The translations under genes were made by a program, and so were the position numbers. Below the pieces are notes generated by a model that did not search any database, was not told the origin of the DNA, and worked only from the letters and a program-made list of their open reading frames with translations. Shown piece after piece: positions 1-8,186 of a DNA stretch of 22,451 bases. The DNA lies in the NCBI GenBank assembly GCA_031459535.1, contig JAVKIJ010000052.1, positions 1 to 22,451 of the forward strand, read 5' to 3'. The DNA is from Candidatus Fervidifonticultor quintus (GTDB lineage: Bacteria > Sysuimicrobiota > Sysuimicrobiia > Sysuimicrobiales > Humicultoraceae). How positions within the stretch are numbered: the stretch's first letter is position 1; every line of letters begins with the position of its first letter.

Positions 1-455
1 CCGCCTGCGACGCCGCCTGCTCGTACGCGATCGCCACCGTCGCCCCGCGGGTCACCGCGCAGGCGACCGCGCACTTCTTGCGGGCCCACGTGGTCCCGAT
101 CTACCAGCGCGCCGGGCACCGCATCCGGGCTGTGCTCACCGATGGCGGGCCGGAGTTTCAGACGGCCTTCACCGCAGCCTGCCGGGCGCTGGGTATCGAG
201 CACCGACGGACCAAGCCGCGCCACGCCTGGACGAATGGGTTCGTCGAACGGTTGCAGGGTACGATCCTCAGCGAGTTGTGGCGGGTGGCCTTCCGGCGCA
301 CCTACTACACCAGCCTGGGGCAGTTGGAGCGGGACCTGCAGGCGTACCTGCGGTTCTACAATCGGGAGCGGCCCCATCTGGGCTATCGCCTCAAGGGGCG
401 AACCCCGGCCATGGCATTCAGGACTCGATTGGAGTCTCAAAGTGCAAACACCTAG
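1..455 (+). CDS. IS481-family transposase, C-terminal part (integrase core), truncated by the window edge
   Basis: The frame is open from base 3 (ACDAACSYAIA...). It has the DDE-core motifs VLTDGGPEF, HRRTKPRHAWTNGFVERLQGT and FYNRERPHLGY. Stop TAG at 453-455. Confidence 0.9.
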   Translation, partial: ACDAACSYAIATVAPRVTAQATAHFLRAHVVPIYQRAGHRIRAVLTDGGPEFQTAFTAACRALGIEHRRTKPRHAWTNGFVERLQGTILSELWRVAFRRTYYTSLGQLERDLQAYLRFYNRERPHLGYRLKGRTPAMAFRTRLESQSANT

Positions 456-468
456 TCCGAACTTGACA
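1..468 (+). mobile_element. Right portion of an IS481-family insertion sequence, probable right end ...AGTGCAAACACCTAGTCCGAACTTGACA
   Basis: The transposase stop lies in an AT-richer terminal segment ending in ACA (466-468); IS481-family ends are TGT...ACA. It is followed by GTCTAG, which contains the CTAG target core. The left end is outside the window, so the inverted repeat cannot be confirmed. Confidence 0.75.
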
Positions 469-484
469 GTCTAGGGGTCCGTCT

Positions 485-697
485 GTGATCGACGTGCTGG
501 GGCGGGACCTGGACTGCGCCCGCCGGATCCTGGAGGCTGAGGGCTTCCAGATCGAGGTGAAAGAGACCCGGACACCCAGGCCGGTGGCTTTGTCGGGCCC
601 GCTGCGCGTCGTCCGGCAGCGCCAGGACGGCCGGGTCGTTCGTCTGGTGGTCACCCGTGAGCGATACGCGCCGGCCGCGGGGGCAACGGGTGCCTAG
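485..697 (+). CDS. Small PASTA-like hypothetical protein (70 aa)
   Basis: The pattern DVLGRDLDCARRILEAEGFQIEV...VVRQ...VRLVV resembles the PASTA fold (DV.G..l..A...L...G...v...V..Q...v.l.v). Its stop overlaps the likely uppS start. Confidence 0.65.
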   Translation: MIDVLGRDLDCARRILEAEGFQIEVKETRTPRPVALSGPLRVVRQRQDGRVVRLVVTRERYAPAAGATGA

Positions 698-1439
698 TTC
701 TCTCCCCCAGCAGATCCCGGCCATCGATCGTCTGCGGCTCCCACGGCACATCGCGATCATCATGGACGGCAACGGCCGGTGGGCCGCCGCGCGCGGCCTA
801 CCGCGGGCGGCCGGGCACCGCGCGGGTCGCGAAGCCGTCCGCCGCACTGTCGCAGGCTGCCGGGAGCTGGGCGTGCCCGTGCTCACCCTGTATGCGTTCT
901 CCACCGAGAACTGGCGGAGACCGGCCGACGAGGTGGCGGCGTTGATGGAGCTGCTCCACGAGGCGGTGATCGACGAGGCCGACGAGCTCCACCGCAACGG
1001 CATCAGGCTCCGGATCTCCGGTGATCTGGAATCGATGGCATCGCCCATCCGGCGCGAGTTGGAGCGCGCCATGGCGCTGACGAGCGCCAACGAGGCCATG
1101 GTTCTCAACGTGGCGCTCAACTACGGCGGCCGCGCAGAGATCGTCAGGGCCGCCCAACGCCTGGCGGCCGAGGTCGCCGCGGGCCGGCTCGTCGTGGACG
1201 CCATCGACGAAGGCGCCTTCACCCGTCACCTGTACACCGGCGACCTGCCGGATCCCGACCTCCTGATCCGCACCGCCGGCGAGCAACGGCTCTCCAATTT
1301 CCTGCTGTGGCAGTCGGCATACGCCGAGTTCTATTTTGTGGACGTGTACTGGCCCGACTTCGCCCGCGAGCACCTCATGGCGGCGATCGCGGAATTCCAG
1401 CGGCGGCAACGGCGCTTCGGCGGCGTGCCCGGTGCCTGA
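690..1439 (+). CDS. uppS: Undecaprenyl/polyprenyl diphosphate synthase (isoprenyl transferase)
   Basis: HIAIIMDGNGRWA, GHRAG, YAFSTENWRRP, DLLIRTAGEQRLSNFLLWQ. I chose GTG 690 because it overlaps the upstream stop; GTG 657 is an alternative. Confidence 0.97.
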   Translation: MPSSLPQQIPAIDRLRLPRHIAIIMDGNGRWAAARGLPRAAGHRAGREAVRRTVAGCRELGVPVLTLYAFSTENWRRPADEVAALMELLHEAVIDEADELHRNGIRLRISGDLESMASPIRRELERAMALTSANEAMVLNVALNYGGRAEIVRAAQRLAAEVAAGRLVVDAIDEGAFTRHLYTGDLPDPDLLIRTAGEQRLSNFLLWQSAYAEFYFVDVYWPDFAREHLMAAIAEFQRRQRRFGGVPGA

Positions 1440-1464
1440 GTCCTCCGGCGACCCAGACCGGGCG

Positions 1465-2244
1465 ATGTGGATCAGCCGCGTCGCCACCGTGGCCGTAGGC
1501 GCCCCGCTGCTGATCATCATCCTCTGGCGAGGTGGCTGGGCGCTCCTGCTGGTCGTGCTGGCCCTGGTGGCGCTCGGGACCCGGGAGTTCCAACGGTTGG
1601 CCCTGGGCGTCGGCTATCGAACGTCGCCGGTGCTGACCGGTGGCGCGCTGGTCTTTCCGGTGCTCGCGGCGTGGCATCACTGGGACTTGGTGGGCCCGGC
1701 GGTGGTGGCCGTCGTGATGACCTCGGCCGGCCTGACCCTGACCGCGGCGCGGCGTGCGGGTGCGCCCGGAAGCGCCGCGGTGGATACGCTGGGGGCGCTC
1801 TACCTCGGCGCCCTGTTCGCCCACCTGATCCTGCTGCGCGAGGCAGCGGGGTTCGCCCTTACCGTGACCCTTGTGGCTGTCATCTGGGTGAGCGACGCGA
1901 TAGCGTTCCTCGTGGGCAGGAGGTGGGGCCGTCGCAGGCTGGCGCCGGCCATCAGTCCCGCCAAGAGCGTCGAAGGCTTCGCGGCCGGGCTCGTCTCCGG
2001 GGTCGTCGTGGCCGTGGTGGCGGCGATGTGGCAGGCGTGGCCAGCGGCGACGTTCGGGGCCCTGGGCGCCATCGTGGTCCTGGCCGGCGTGCTCGGTGAT
2101 CTCTGGAAGTCCTCGATCAAGCGAGCGGCCGGGGTCAAGGACTCCGGCCGCATTCTACCGGGCCATGGAGGTGTCATCGACCGTTTCGACGCCATCCTCT
2201 TCGGCGTACCGGTCGGGTACTATGCCTGGCGATGGCTGATGTGA
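1465..2244 (+). CDS. cdsA: Phosphatidate cytidylyltransferase
   Basis: Polytopic membrane protein with ISPAKSVEG and SSIKRAAGVKDSGRILPGHGGVIDRFD, in the usual position after uppS. Start ATG 1465 (alternative GTG 1432). Confidence 0.95.
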   Translation: MWISRVATVAVGAPLLIIILWRGGWALLLVVLALVALGTREFQRLALGVGYRTSPVLTGGALVFPVLAAWHHWDLVGPAVVAVVMTSAGLTLTAARRAGAPGSAAVDTLGALYLGALFAHLILLREAAGFALTVTLVAVIWVSDAIAFLVGRRWGRRRLAPAISPAKSVEGFAAGLVSGVVVAVVAAMWQAWPAATFGALGAIVVLAGVLGDLWKSSIKRAAGVKDSGRILPGHGGVIDRFDAILFGVPVGYYAWRWLM

Positions 2245-3389
2245 TGCGGCTGGTCGTGCTGGGGTCCACGGGCAGCATCGGGCGCGCGGCGCTCGAGGTG
2301 GCCGAGGCGCTGGGCGACGTGCGGATCGTGGGACTTGGCGCGCGCCGCAACGTCGACCTGTTGGCCGAACAGGCCCGGCGGTGGCGCCCACGGGTGGTCG
2401 CGCTGGAAGACGAGGCCGCCCTCGGACGCCTGCGCGCCCTGGTGCCCTCCGACGTCGCGGTGGAAGCCGGCACCCAGGCCGGCACCCGGCTGGCGGCAAT
2501 GCCCGAGGCAGATATGGTGCTGATCGCCGTGGTCGGGGCAGCCGGCCTGCAGCCCACGCTGGCGGCCTTGCGGGCCGGGCACGACGTAGCGCTGGCGAAC
2601 AAGGAGGCGCTCGTCGCCGGCGGCGCGTTGGTCACCGCGGCCCTCGCCGGCAGCCGCGCCCGCCTGGTGCCCGTGGACAGCGAGCACTCAGCCATCTTTC
2701 AATGCCTGCAGGGGCAGGATCGGGCGGGCCTGCGGCGCCTGATCCTCACCGCCTCGGGCGGGCCCCTCCTGCGGCGGCCGCTCTCAGAACTGGGCGACGT
2801 GACCGTGGAAGAGGCCCTGGCCCATCCCACGTGGAATATGGGGCGCAAAGTCACCGTCGACTCGGCGACCCTCATGAACAAGGGGCTCGAGATCATCGAA
2901 GCCCACTGGCTGTTTGGCGTGGACCCGGATCAGATTGACGTCCTCATCCATCCCCAGAGCCTGATCCACTCCATGGTGGAGTTCGCCGACGGCAGTGTGA
3001 TCGCGCAGGCGGCGGTTCCGGACATGCGAGGGCCGATTCAGTACGCGCTGACCGCGCCGCGGCGACGGCGCGGGTTGATCCGACCCGTGGAATGGGCGGG
3101 GCTGACCCTGACGTTCGAACAACCGGAGGCCGCGCGGTTCCCGTCACTGGCGCTGGCGCGCGAGGTGCTGCGGCGGGGCGGGATTGCCCCCGCGGTACTC
3201 AACGCCGCCAACGAAGTGGCGGTGGCCCGGTTTCTCGATGGCCGCATCCGGTTTCCCCAGATCGTCGAGACGGTGCGCGCCGTCGTGGATCGCCACACGC
3301 CCGCCCCGGCGACGACGTTGGAAGCGGTACTCGAGGCCGACGCCTGGGCCCGCTGTGAGGCAGACCGGGTCCTGGGCGCAGCGAGGTGA
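2232..3389 (+). CDS. dxr: 1-deoxy-D-xylulose-5-phosphate reductoisomerase
   Basis: GSTGSIG, LANKE, PVDSEHSAIFQ, TASGGP, HPTWNMGRKVTVDSATLMNKGLE, NAANEVAV. Alternative start ATG 2244. Confidence 0.98.
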   Translation: MADVMRLVVLGSTGSIGRAALEVAEALGDVRIVGLGARRNVDLLAEQARRWRPRVVALEDEAALGRLRALVPSDVAVEAGTQAGTRLAAMPEADMVLIAVVGAAGLQPTLAALRAGHDVALANKEALVAGGALVTAALAGSRARLVPVDSEHSAIFQCLQGQDRAGLRRLILTASGGPLLRRPLSELGDVTVEEALAHPTWNMGRKVTVDSATLMNKGLEIIEAHWLFGVDPDQIDVLIHPQSLIHSMVEFADGSVIAQAAVPDMRGPIQYALTAPRRRRGLIRPVEWAGLTLTFEQPEAARFPSLALAREVLRRGGIAPAVLNAANEVAVARFLDGRIRFPQIVETVRAVVDRHTPAPATTLEAVLEADAWARCEADRVLGAAR

Positions 3390-4429
3390 CGGCAGTGTCC
3401 AATGTGCTGGCGGCGATCATTGCGCTGGGCGCGATGATCTTCTTTCACGAGCTCGGCCACTTCCTGGTCGCGCGCCGGGCCGGGGTGCTGATTCACGCTT
3501 TCGCGATCGGCTTCGGTCCCAGGATCGTCTCCTGGCGGCGAGGCGCGACCACGTACGCCCTGAACCTTCTGCCCTTCGGCGGGTACGTCCGCATGGAGGG
3601 CGAAGACGACGGCGGAGCGGACGGGCCCGACAGCTTCCGGTCGAAGAGCGTAGGCTGGCGCATGGCGATCATTGCGGCCGGTGCGTTGATGAACCTGGCG
3701 CTGGCGGTGCTGATCCTGGCCGCCGCCGCCGCCACGGGCGGTATCCCCACGGTGCCCAGTACCAGGATCGGGACCATCGAGGCCGACTGGCCTGCGGCTG
3801 AAGCCGGGCTGCGGCCCGGCGACGTCATCGAAGCCATTGACGGGGTCGTCATGACCAGTGGCGACCAGGTGATCGAGATCATCCATCAGAGCGCCGGGAA
3901 GGCGCTCACCCTGACCGTGCGGCGCGGCGATCAGGTCCTGAGCTTGGCGGTCACGCCGCGCCTGGACGCGCAGCGCGGGGTGGGCCGGATCGGGTTCTCA
4001 CCAGAGCCACAGTGGGTGCGGCTGAATCCGCTGGCCGCCCTCTGGTGGGGTCTAGAGCGGACCGGGCAGTTCATCCTGATGCTGGGCGGTGCCGTCGGCG
4101 CGCTCATCCGCGAGCGCCAGTTCATCCACAGCCTGGGCGGTCCGCTGGCAGCGGGCAACATGCTGGCCCAGGCCGCGGCCAGTGGATTCCAGACGTTCCT
4201 CAACATCGCCGCCTTCATCAGCGTCATCATCGGCGTCTTCAACCTGCTGCCCATCCCGGCGCTGGACGGCGGCCGCCTGGCCTTCCTGGTCGTGGAGGCC
4301 GTGCGGCGGCGGCCGCTGGACCCCCGTCGTGAAGGGTGGGTCCACATGGTCGGCTTCGCGCTCCTCGTGCTGCTCCTCGTGCTGCTCACGGTGCGGGATC
4401 TGCGGCGCCTCCTGGGTGTGGGCGGGTAG
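3386..4429 (+). CDS. rseP: M50-family RIP zinc metalloprotease with one PDZ domain
   Basis: HELGH, FAIGFGP, LPFGGYVRM, PDZ segment PAAEAGLRPGDVI, NLLPIPALDGG. GTGA overlap with dxr. Confidence 0.95.
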   Translation: MTAVSNVLAAIIALGAMIFFHELGHFLVARRAGVLIHAFAIGFGPRIVSWRRGATTYALNLLPFGGYVRMEGEDDGGADGPDSFRSKSVGWRMAIIAAGALMNLALAVLILAAAAATGGIPTVPSTRIGTIEADWPAAEAGLRPGDVIEAIDGVVMTSGDQVIEIIHQSAGKALTLTVRRGDQVLSLAVTPRLDAQRGVGRIGFSPEPQWVRLNPLAALWWGLERTGQFILMLGGAVGALIRERQFIHSLGGPLAAGNMLAQAAASGFQTFLNIAAFISVIIGVFNLLPIPALDGGRLAFLVVEAVRRRPLDPRREGWVHMVGFALLVLLLVLLTVRDLRRLLGVGG

Positions 4430-4466
4430 GGGGGCAGGCGCGCAGAGCGGAGAGGTCACCGACCCG

Positions 4467-5582
4467 ATGCATCGCTTGCAGACGCGCAGGGTGCGCATTG
4501 GCCAGGTGGAGGTCGGCGGCGGCGCGCCAGTCGCCGTGCAGTCCATGACCATCACCGACACGCGGGATGTGGAGGCCACGCTGGCGCAGATCTACCAGCT
4601 CGCGACGGAGGGATGCGAGATCGTCCGCCTGGCGGTGCCCGACGAGGAGGCCGCGGCGGCACTGGCTGCCATCAAGCCCCGCAGCCCCCTGCCCGTCGTG
4701 GCCGATATCCACTTTGACTATCGGCTGGCGCTCCGGGCCCTGGAGGCCGGCGTCGACAAGCTGCGCATCAACCCGGGCAATATCGGCAGCCGTGAGCGCA
4801 CCCGCATCGTGGCCCGGGAAGCCGCCGCCCGCGGCGTGCCCATACGCATCGGCGCCAACATCGGATCCTTGTCCAAGGCCACGCTCCGCCGGTTCGGGAA
4901 GCCCACCGCCGAAGCGCTGGTGGAGAGCGCAATAGAGGACGTGCGGGTGCTCGAGGACCTGGGTTTCACTGACATCGTGATCTCGGTCAAGGCCTCCGAG
5001 GTGCCCATGATGATCGAGGCCTACACCATGATCGCGGAGCGCGTCACCTACCCGCTCCACCTGGGGGTCACCGAGGCTGGGACCGCGTGGGCGGGCGGCA
5101 TCAAGTCCGCGGTGGGGATCGGCGCGGTGCTGGCGCGTGGGATCGGCGATACAATCCGCGTCTCGCTGGCCGCAGATCCGGTGGAGGAGGTGCGCGCCGC
5201 GTACGAAATTCTCAAGAGCCTTGGGCTGCGCACCCGAGGCGTCCAGTTCGTGGCGTGCCCGTCGTGCGGCCGTGCCGAGGTGGACATCATCCAGATTGCG
5301 CAGGAAGTGGAGCGGCGGCTGCGGGGGATCCCGGCGCCCGTGAAGGTGGCGGTGATGGGCTGCGCGGTTAACGGGCCCGGTGAGGCCCGCATGGCCGACC
5401 TAGGCATCGCGTGCGGCCGCGGCATGGGCCTCGTCTTCCAGGACGGCAAGATCGTCGCCAGCCTGCCGGAAGCCCAGTTGATCGACGGGTTGATGGAGCA
5501 CGTCTGGCGGGTTGCCCGAGAACGGTACGGTGTGACCGAGCCATCTTCGGCGGCAACGCCCGCCGGGAGCCGAGGGGCATGA
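4467..5582 (+). CDS. ispG: (E)-4-hydroxy-3-methylbut-2-enyl-diphosphate synthase
   Basis: VQSMT, VADIHF, RINPGN, YPLHLGVTEAG, GDTIRVSL, CPSCGR, MGCAVNGPGE. RBS GGAGAGG at 4449-4455 before ATG 4467. Confidence 0.98.
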   Translation: MHRLQTRRVRIGQVEVGGGAPVAVQSMTITDTRDVEATLAQIYQLATEGCEIVRLAVPDEEAAAALAAIKPRSPLPVVADIHFDYRLALRALEAGVDKLRINPGNIGSRERTRIVAREAAARGVPIRIGANIGSLSKATLRRFGKPTAEALVESAIEDVRVLEDLGFTDIVISVKASEVPMMIEAYTMIAERVTYPLHLGVTEAGTAWAGGIKSAVGIGAVLARGIGDTIRVSLAADPVEEVRAAYEILKSLGLRTRGVQFVACPSCGRAEVDIIQIAQEVERRLRGIPAPVKVAVMGCAVNGPGEARMADLGIACGRGMGLVFQDGKIVASLPEAQLIDGLMEHVWRVARERYGVTEPSSAATPAGSRGA

Positions 5583-6229
5583 TTCCCTGGTGGGAGACCG
5601 TGGCTCGGCTGCTGTTGGCCTTCATCCTGGGCGGTGTGGTGGGGTTCGAGCGGGAGAGCGTAGACAAGCCTGCGGGCTTCCGCACCCACATTTTGGTGTG
5701 TGTGGGTGCGGCCCTGTTTGCCCTGGTCTCGCGCGAGGGCTTCTTCGGCTCGGGCGCCGATCCGGCACGGGTCGCTAGCAACATCGTGGTGGGCATCGGC
5801 TTCCTGGGCGCAGGGACCATCTTCCGCACCGGCGGCAGCGTCCAGGGTCTAACCACCGCCGCCAGCCTGTGGACGGTGGCCGCCATTGGCACCGCGACCG
5901 GCATCGGGTACTACGAGGGCGCCATGGGCGCCACGGCCATCGTGATCGGCGTCCTGACCCTCATGAAGAGCCTCGAGCGCCGGCTGCCGCGCCGAGGCAC
6001 GGGCCACTGCGTAGTGCTCATGGCCGACGTCCCCGGCCAGCTGGGCAAGATCGGAACCGCGCTCGGCGGCCTGGGTGTGAACATCGACCGTGTGGAGTTC
6101 ACCGAGAAGATCGACCAGAGAGTGCTGCTGGACATGCAGCTGCGCCTGCCGTTGCGCGTGACGCGGGACGACGTGCTGGCGCTGCTGGGCGGGATCGAGG
6201 GGGTTGACGAAGCTCGCTGGGAACCGTAG
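5579..6229 (+). CDS. MgtC/SapB family membrane protein with C-terminal ACT-like domain
   Basis: ERE...AGFRTHILV, DPARVASNIVVGIGFLGAG, GLTTAASLW, and ACT-like DVPGQLGKIGTALGGLGVNI. ATGA overlap with the ispG stop. Confidence 0.93.
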   Translation: MIPWWETVARLLLAFILGGVVGFERESVDKPAGFRTHILVCVGAALFALVSREGFFGSGADPARVASNIVVGIGFLGAGTIFRTGGSVQGLTTAASLWTVAAIGTATGIGYYEGAMGATAIVIGVLTLMKSLERRLPRRGTGHCVVLMADVPGQLGKIGTALGGLGVNIDRVEFTEKIDQRVLLDMQLRLPLRVTRDDVLALLGGIEGVDEARWEP

Positions 6230-6235
6230 CCACGG

Positions 6236-6886
6236 ATGATTCCGCTGCGCGATAGCACGCGGTCCCGCACCACCCCCGTGGTCGTCTACGGCCTGATTGC
6301 GGTCAGCGTCGCCGTCTTTCTCCACACCCTTGGCCTGGAGTCCCAGGGCTCGTTGCGGGCCATCTACGACACCTACGGTGTCGTTCCGCGGGCGGTCAGC
6401 GGCGGCCCCGGCCAGGCCTGGATGGGGCTGGTCACCTCCATGTTCCTCCACGGGAGCTGGGTGCACCTGGGCGGGAACATGCTGTATCTGTGGGTCTTCG
6501 GCGACAATGTCGAGGATGCCATGGGACACGCCGCATTCCTGGTGTTCTACCTGCTCACCGGCACGCTGGCCGCCCTTGCGCACGTGGTGACCCACCCCGC
6601 TTCTGCCACGCCGCTGGTGGGGGCCAGCGGCGCCATCGCCGGCGTGCTGGGCGCCTACTTCGTCCTCTATCCGCGGGCCCGCATCCTCTCCCTGGTCTTC
6701 GTGGTCTTTCTGATCCGCCTGGTGGAGCTGCCGGCATCGCTGGTGCTGCTGCTGTGGTTCGTGCTCCAGGTGTTCCAGGGCGTGGCCGCGCTGGCCGCGC
6801 CGCACGTGGAGACCGTGGCATGGTGGGCCCACGTGGGCGGCTTCGTGGCTGGCGCCGTGCTGGTCCCGCTGTTCGTGCGCCGCTAG
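6236..6886 (+). CDS. Rhomboid family intramembrane serine protease
   Basis: MIPLRD N-terminus, TSMFLHGSWVHLGGNMLYLWVFGDNVED, catalytic GASG, AWWAHVGGF. Confidence 0.95.
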   Translation: MIPLRDSTRSRTTPVVVYGLIAVSVAVFLHTLGLESQGSLRAIYDTYGVVPRAVSGGPGQAWMGLVTSMFLHGSWVHLGGNMLYLWVFGDNVEDAMGHAAFLVFYLLTGTLAALAHVVTHPASATPLVGASGAIAGVLGAYFVLYPRARILSLVFVVFLIRLVELPASLVLLLWFVLQVFQGVAALAAPHVETVAWWAHVGGFVAGAVLVPLFVRR

Positions 6887-6913
6887 GGCCGCTATGCCGG
6901 TTCCGCCCCGGTC

Positions 6914-6922
6914 TGCTATAGT
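6914..6922 (+). promoter_or_regulatory. Putative extended -10 promoter (TGcTATAGT) for the MAT gene
   Basis: TGnTATAGT lies in the intergenic gap about 40 nt before ATG 6962, with RBS GGAGG at 6951-6955. Only a weak -35 (ATGCCG, 6894-6899). Confidence 0.6.
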
Positions 6923-6961
6923 GGGGCGGTGGCGCGCAGGTTGATCTGAGGGAGGGTGAGA

Positions 6962-8164
6962 ATGCGCAACATCGCCGTGGAGGTGCTGGCACAGTCGCCG
7001 GTGGCGCAGCACCTGGTGGAAATCGTCGAGCGCAAGGGGGTTGGGCACCCGGATTCGATTTGCGATGCCATCATGGAGCGCGTGTCCATCGCCCTGAGCC
7101 GGGAGTACCAGGACCGGTTCGGCAGGATTCTCCACCACAACATCGACAAGGCGTTCCTGGTGGCGGGCAACGCGGAGATTCGCCTGGGCGGTGGGACCGT
7201 CACGGAACCTATGCGGCTCATCTTCGGCGACCGGGCCACATCGGTTTGGAACGGTGAGCAGGTACCGGTGGCCGACATCGCCGTCCGCACGGCAAAGGCC
7301 TGGATCCGCGAGAACCTCCGGTTTGTGGATCCCGAGCAGCACGTCATCTACGACGTGCAGATCAAGCCCGGGTCGCCTGAGCTGGTGGACATCTTCTCGC
7401 GCCGCACGCCTACCGCCAACGACACGTCGGCCGCGGTGGGCTACGCGCCCCTGACCCCCACCGAGCAGACCGTCCTCGAGGTCGAGCGCCTGATGAACTC
7501 CCGCACCTTCAAGGAGCACTTCCCCGAGGTGGGCGAGGACATCAAGGTCATGGGGTTCCGCCGAGGCGACGAGTTGCACCTGACCGCGGCCGTCGCCATG
7601 GTGGATCGCTATATCGACAGCGAGGCCACGTACTTCAAACGGAAGGCAGCGCTGCACGACGCGGTGATGGATCGCATCCGCGCAAGGAAGGAGTTCAGCC
7701 AGATCTACCTCTATATCAATACGCTGGACGAGCCCGGTCGAGGCCTGGGGGGCATGTACCTCTCGGTTACCGGAACGTCAGCGGAGAGCGGCGACTCCGG
7801 ACAGGTGGGCCGCGGCAACAAGGTCAACGGGGTCATCGCGCTCAACCGACCCATGGGGACCGAGGCCGCCGCGGGCAAGAACCCGGTGTCCCACGTAGGC
7901 AAGATCTACACCATCATGACCCATCAGGTGGCCAACAAGATCTACCATGAGGTGGCGGGTATCCAGGAGATCTACGTCTGGCTGCTCTCCCAGATCGGCG
8001 TGCCCATCGATCAACCCAAGGTGGCCGCGGCCCAGGTGGTGCTCGAGCCGCGCGCGCGCCGCAAGACCATCGAGCGCCGCGTGCGGGACATCCTGGATCA
8101 TGAACTGGCAGAGATCTCGCAGCTCACCCAGGACCTGGCCCAGGGCCGCTATCCCGTGGTCTGA
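6962..8164 (+). CDS. mat: Methionine adenosyltransferase (SAM synthetase), archaeal type
   Basis: [70 protein letters not shown] 6962 is 6 nt after GGAGG (alternative GTG 6956). Confidence 0.95.
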   Translation: MRNIAVEVLAQSPVAQHLVEIVERKGVGHPDSICDAIMERVSIALSREYQDRFGRILHHNIDKAFLVAGNAEIRLGGGTVTEPMRLIFGDRATSVWNGEQVPVADIAVRTAKAWIRENLRFVDPEQHVIYDVQIKPGSPELVDIFSRRTPTANDTSAAVGYAPLTPTEQTVLEVERLMNSRTFKEHFPEVGEDIKVMGFRRGDELHLTAAVAMVDRYIDSEATYFKRKAALHDAVMDRIRARKEFSQIYLYINTLDEPGRGLGGMYLSVTGTSAESGDSGQVGRGNKVNGVIALNRPMGTEAAAGKNPVSHVGKIYTIMTHQVANKIYHEVAGIQEIYVWLLSQIGVPIDQPKVAAAQVVLEPRARRKTIERRVRDILDHELAEISQLTQDLAQGRYPVV

Positions 8165-8186
8165 GCCCGGCGGGTTCTTCCCAGTC

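Noticed and set aside
4089-4466. N-terminal extensions in the ORF track (ispG from 4089; likewise 1336, 5411, 7947, 8800, 9348, 11824, 16836, 19816)
   Set aside because: They run deep into upstream genes. Family-like sequence and RBS or overlap signals begin at the downstream starts.
6887-6961. SAM riboswitch upstream of mat
   Set aside because: The leader after the putative -10 is only about 35 nt, and I recognise no S-box core.
5849-7657. 602-aa minus-strand ORF
   Set aside because: Antisense shadow of the mgtC, rhomboid and mat genes, as expected with high-GC codon bias. No recognisable motifs.
8163-8182. Small hairpin GAGCCC-GGC-GGGTTC after mat as a terminator
   Set aside because: The stem is short with a G-U pair and there is no real U-tract, so it is too weak to call.
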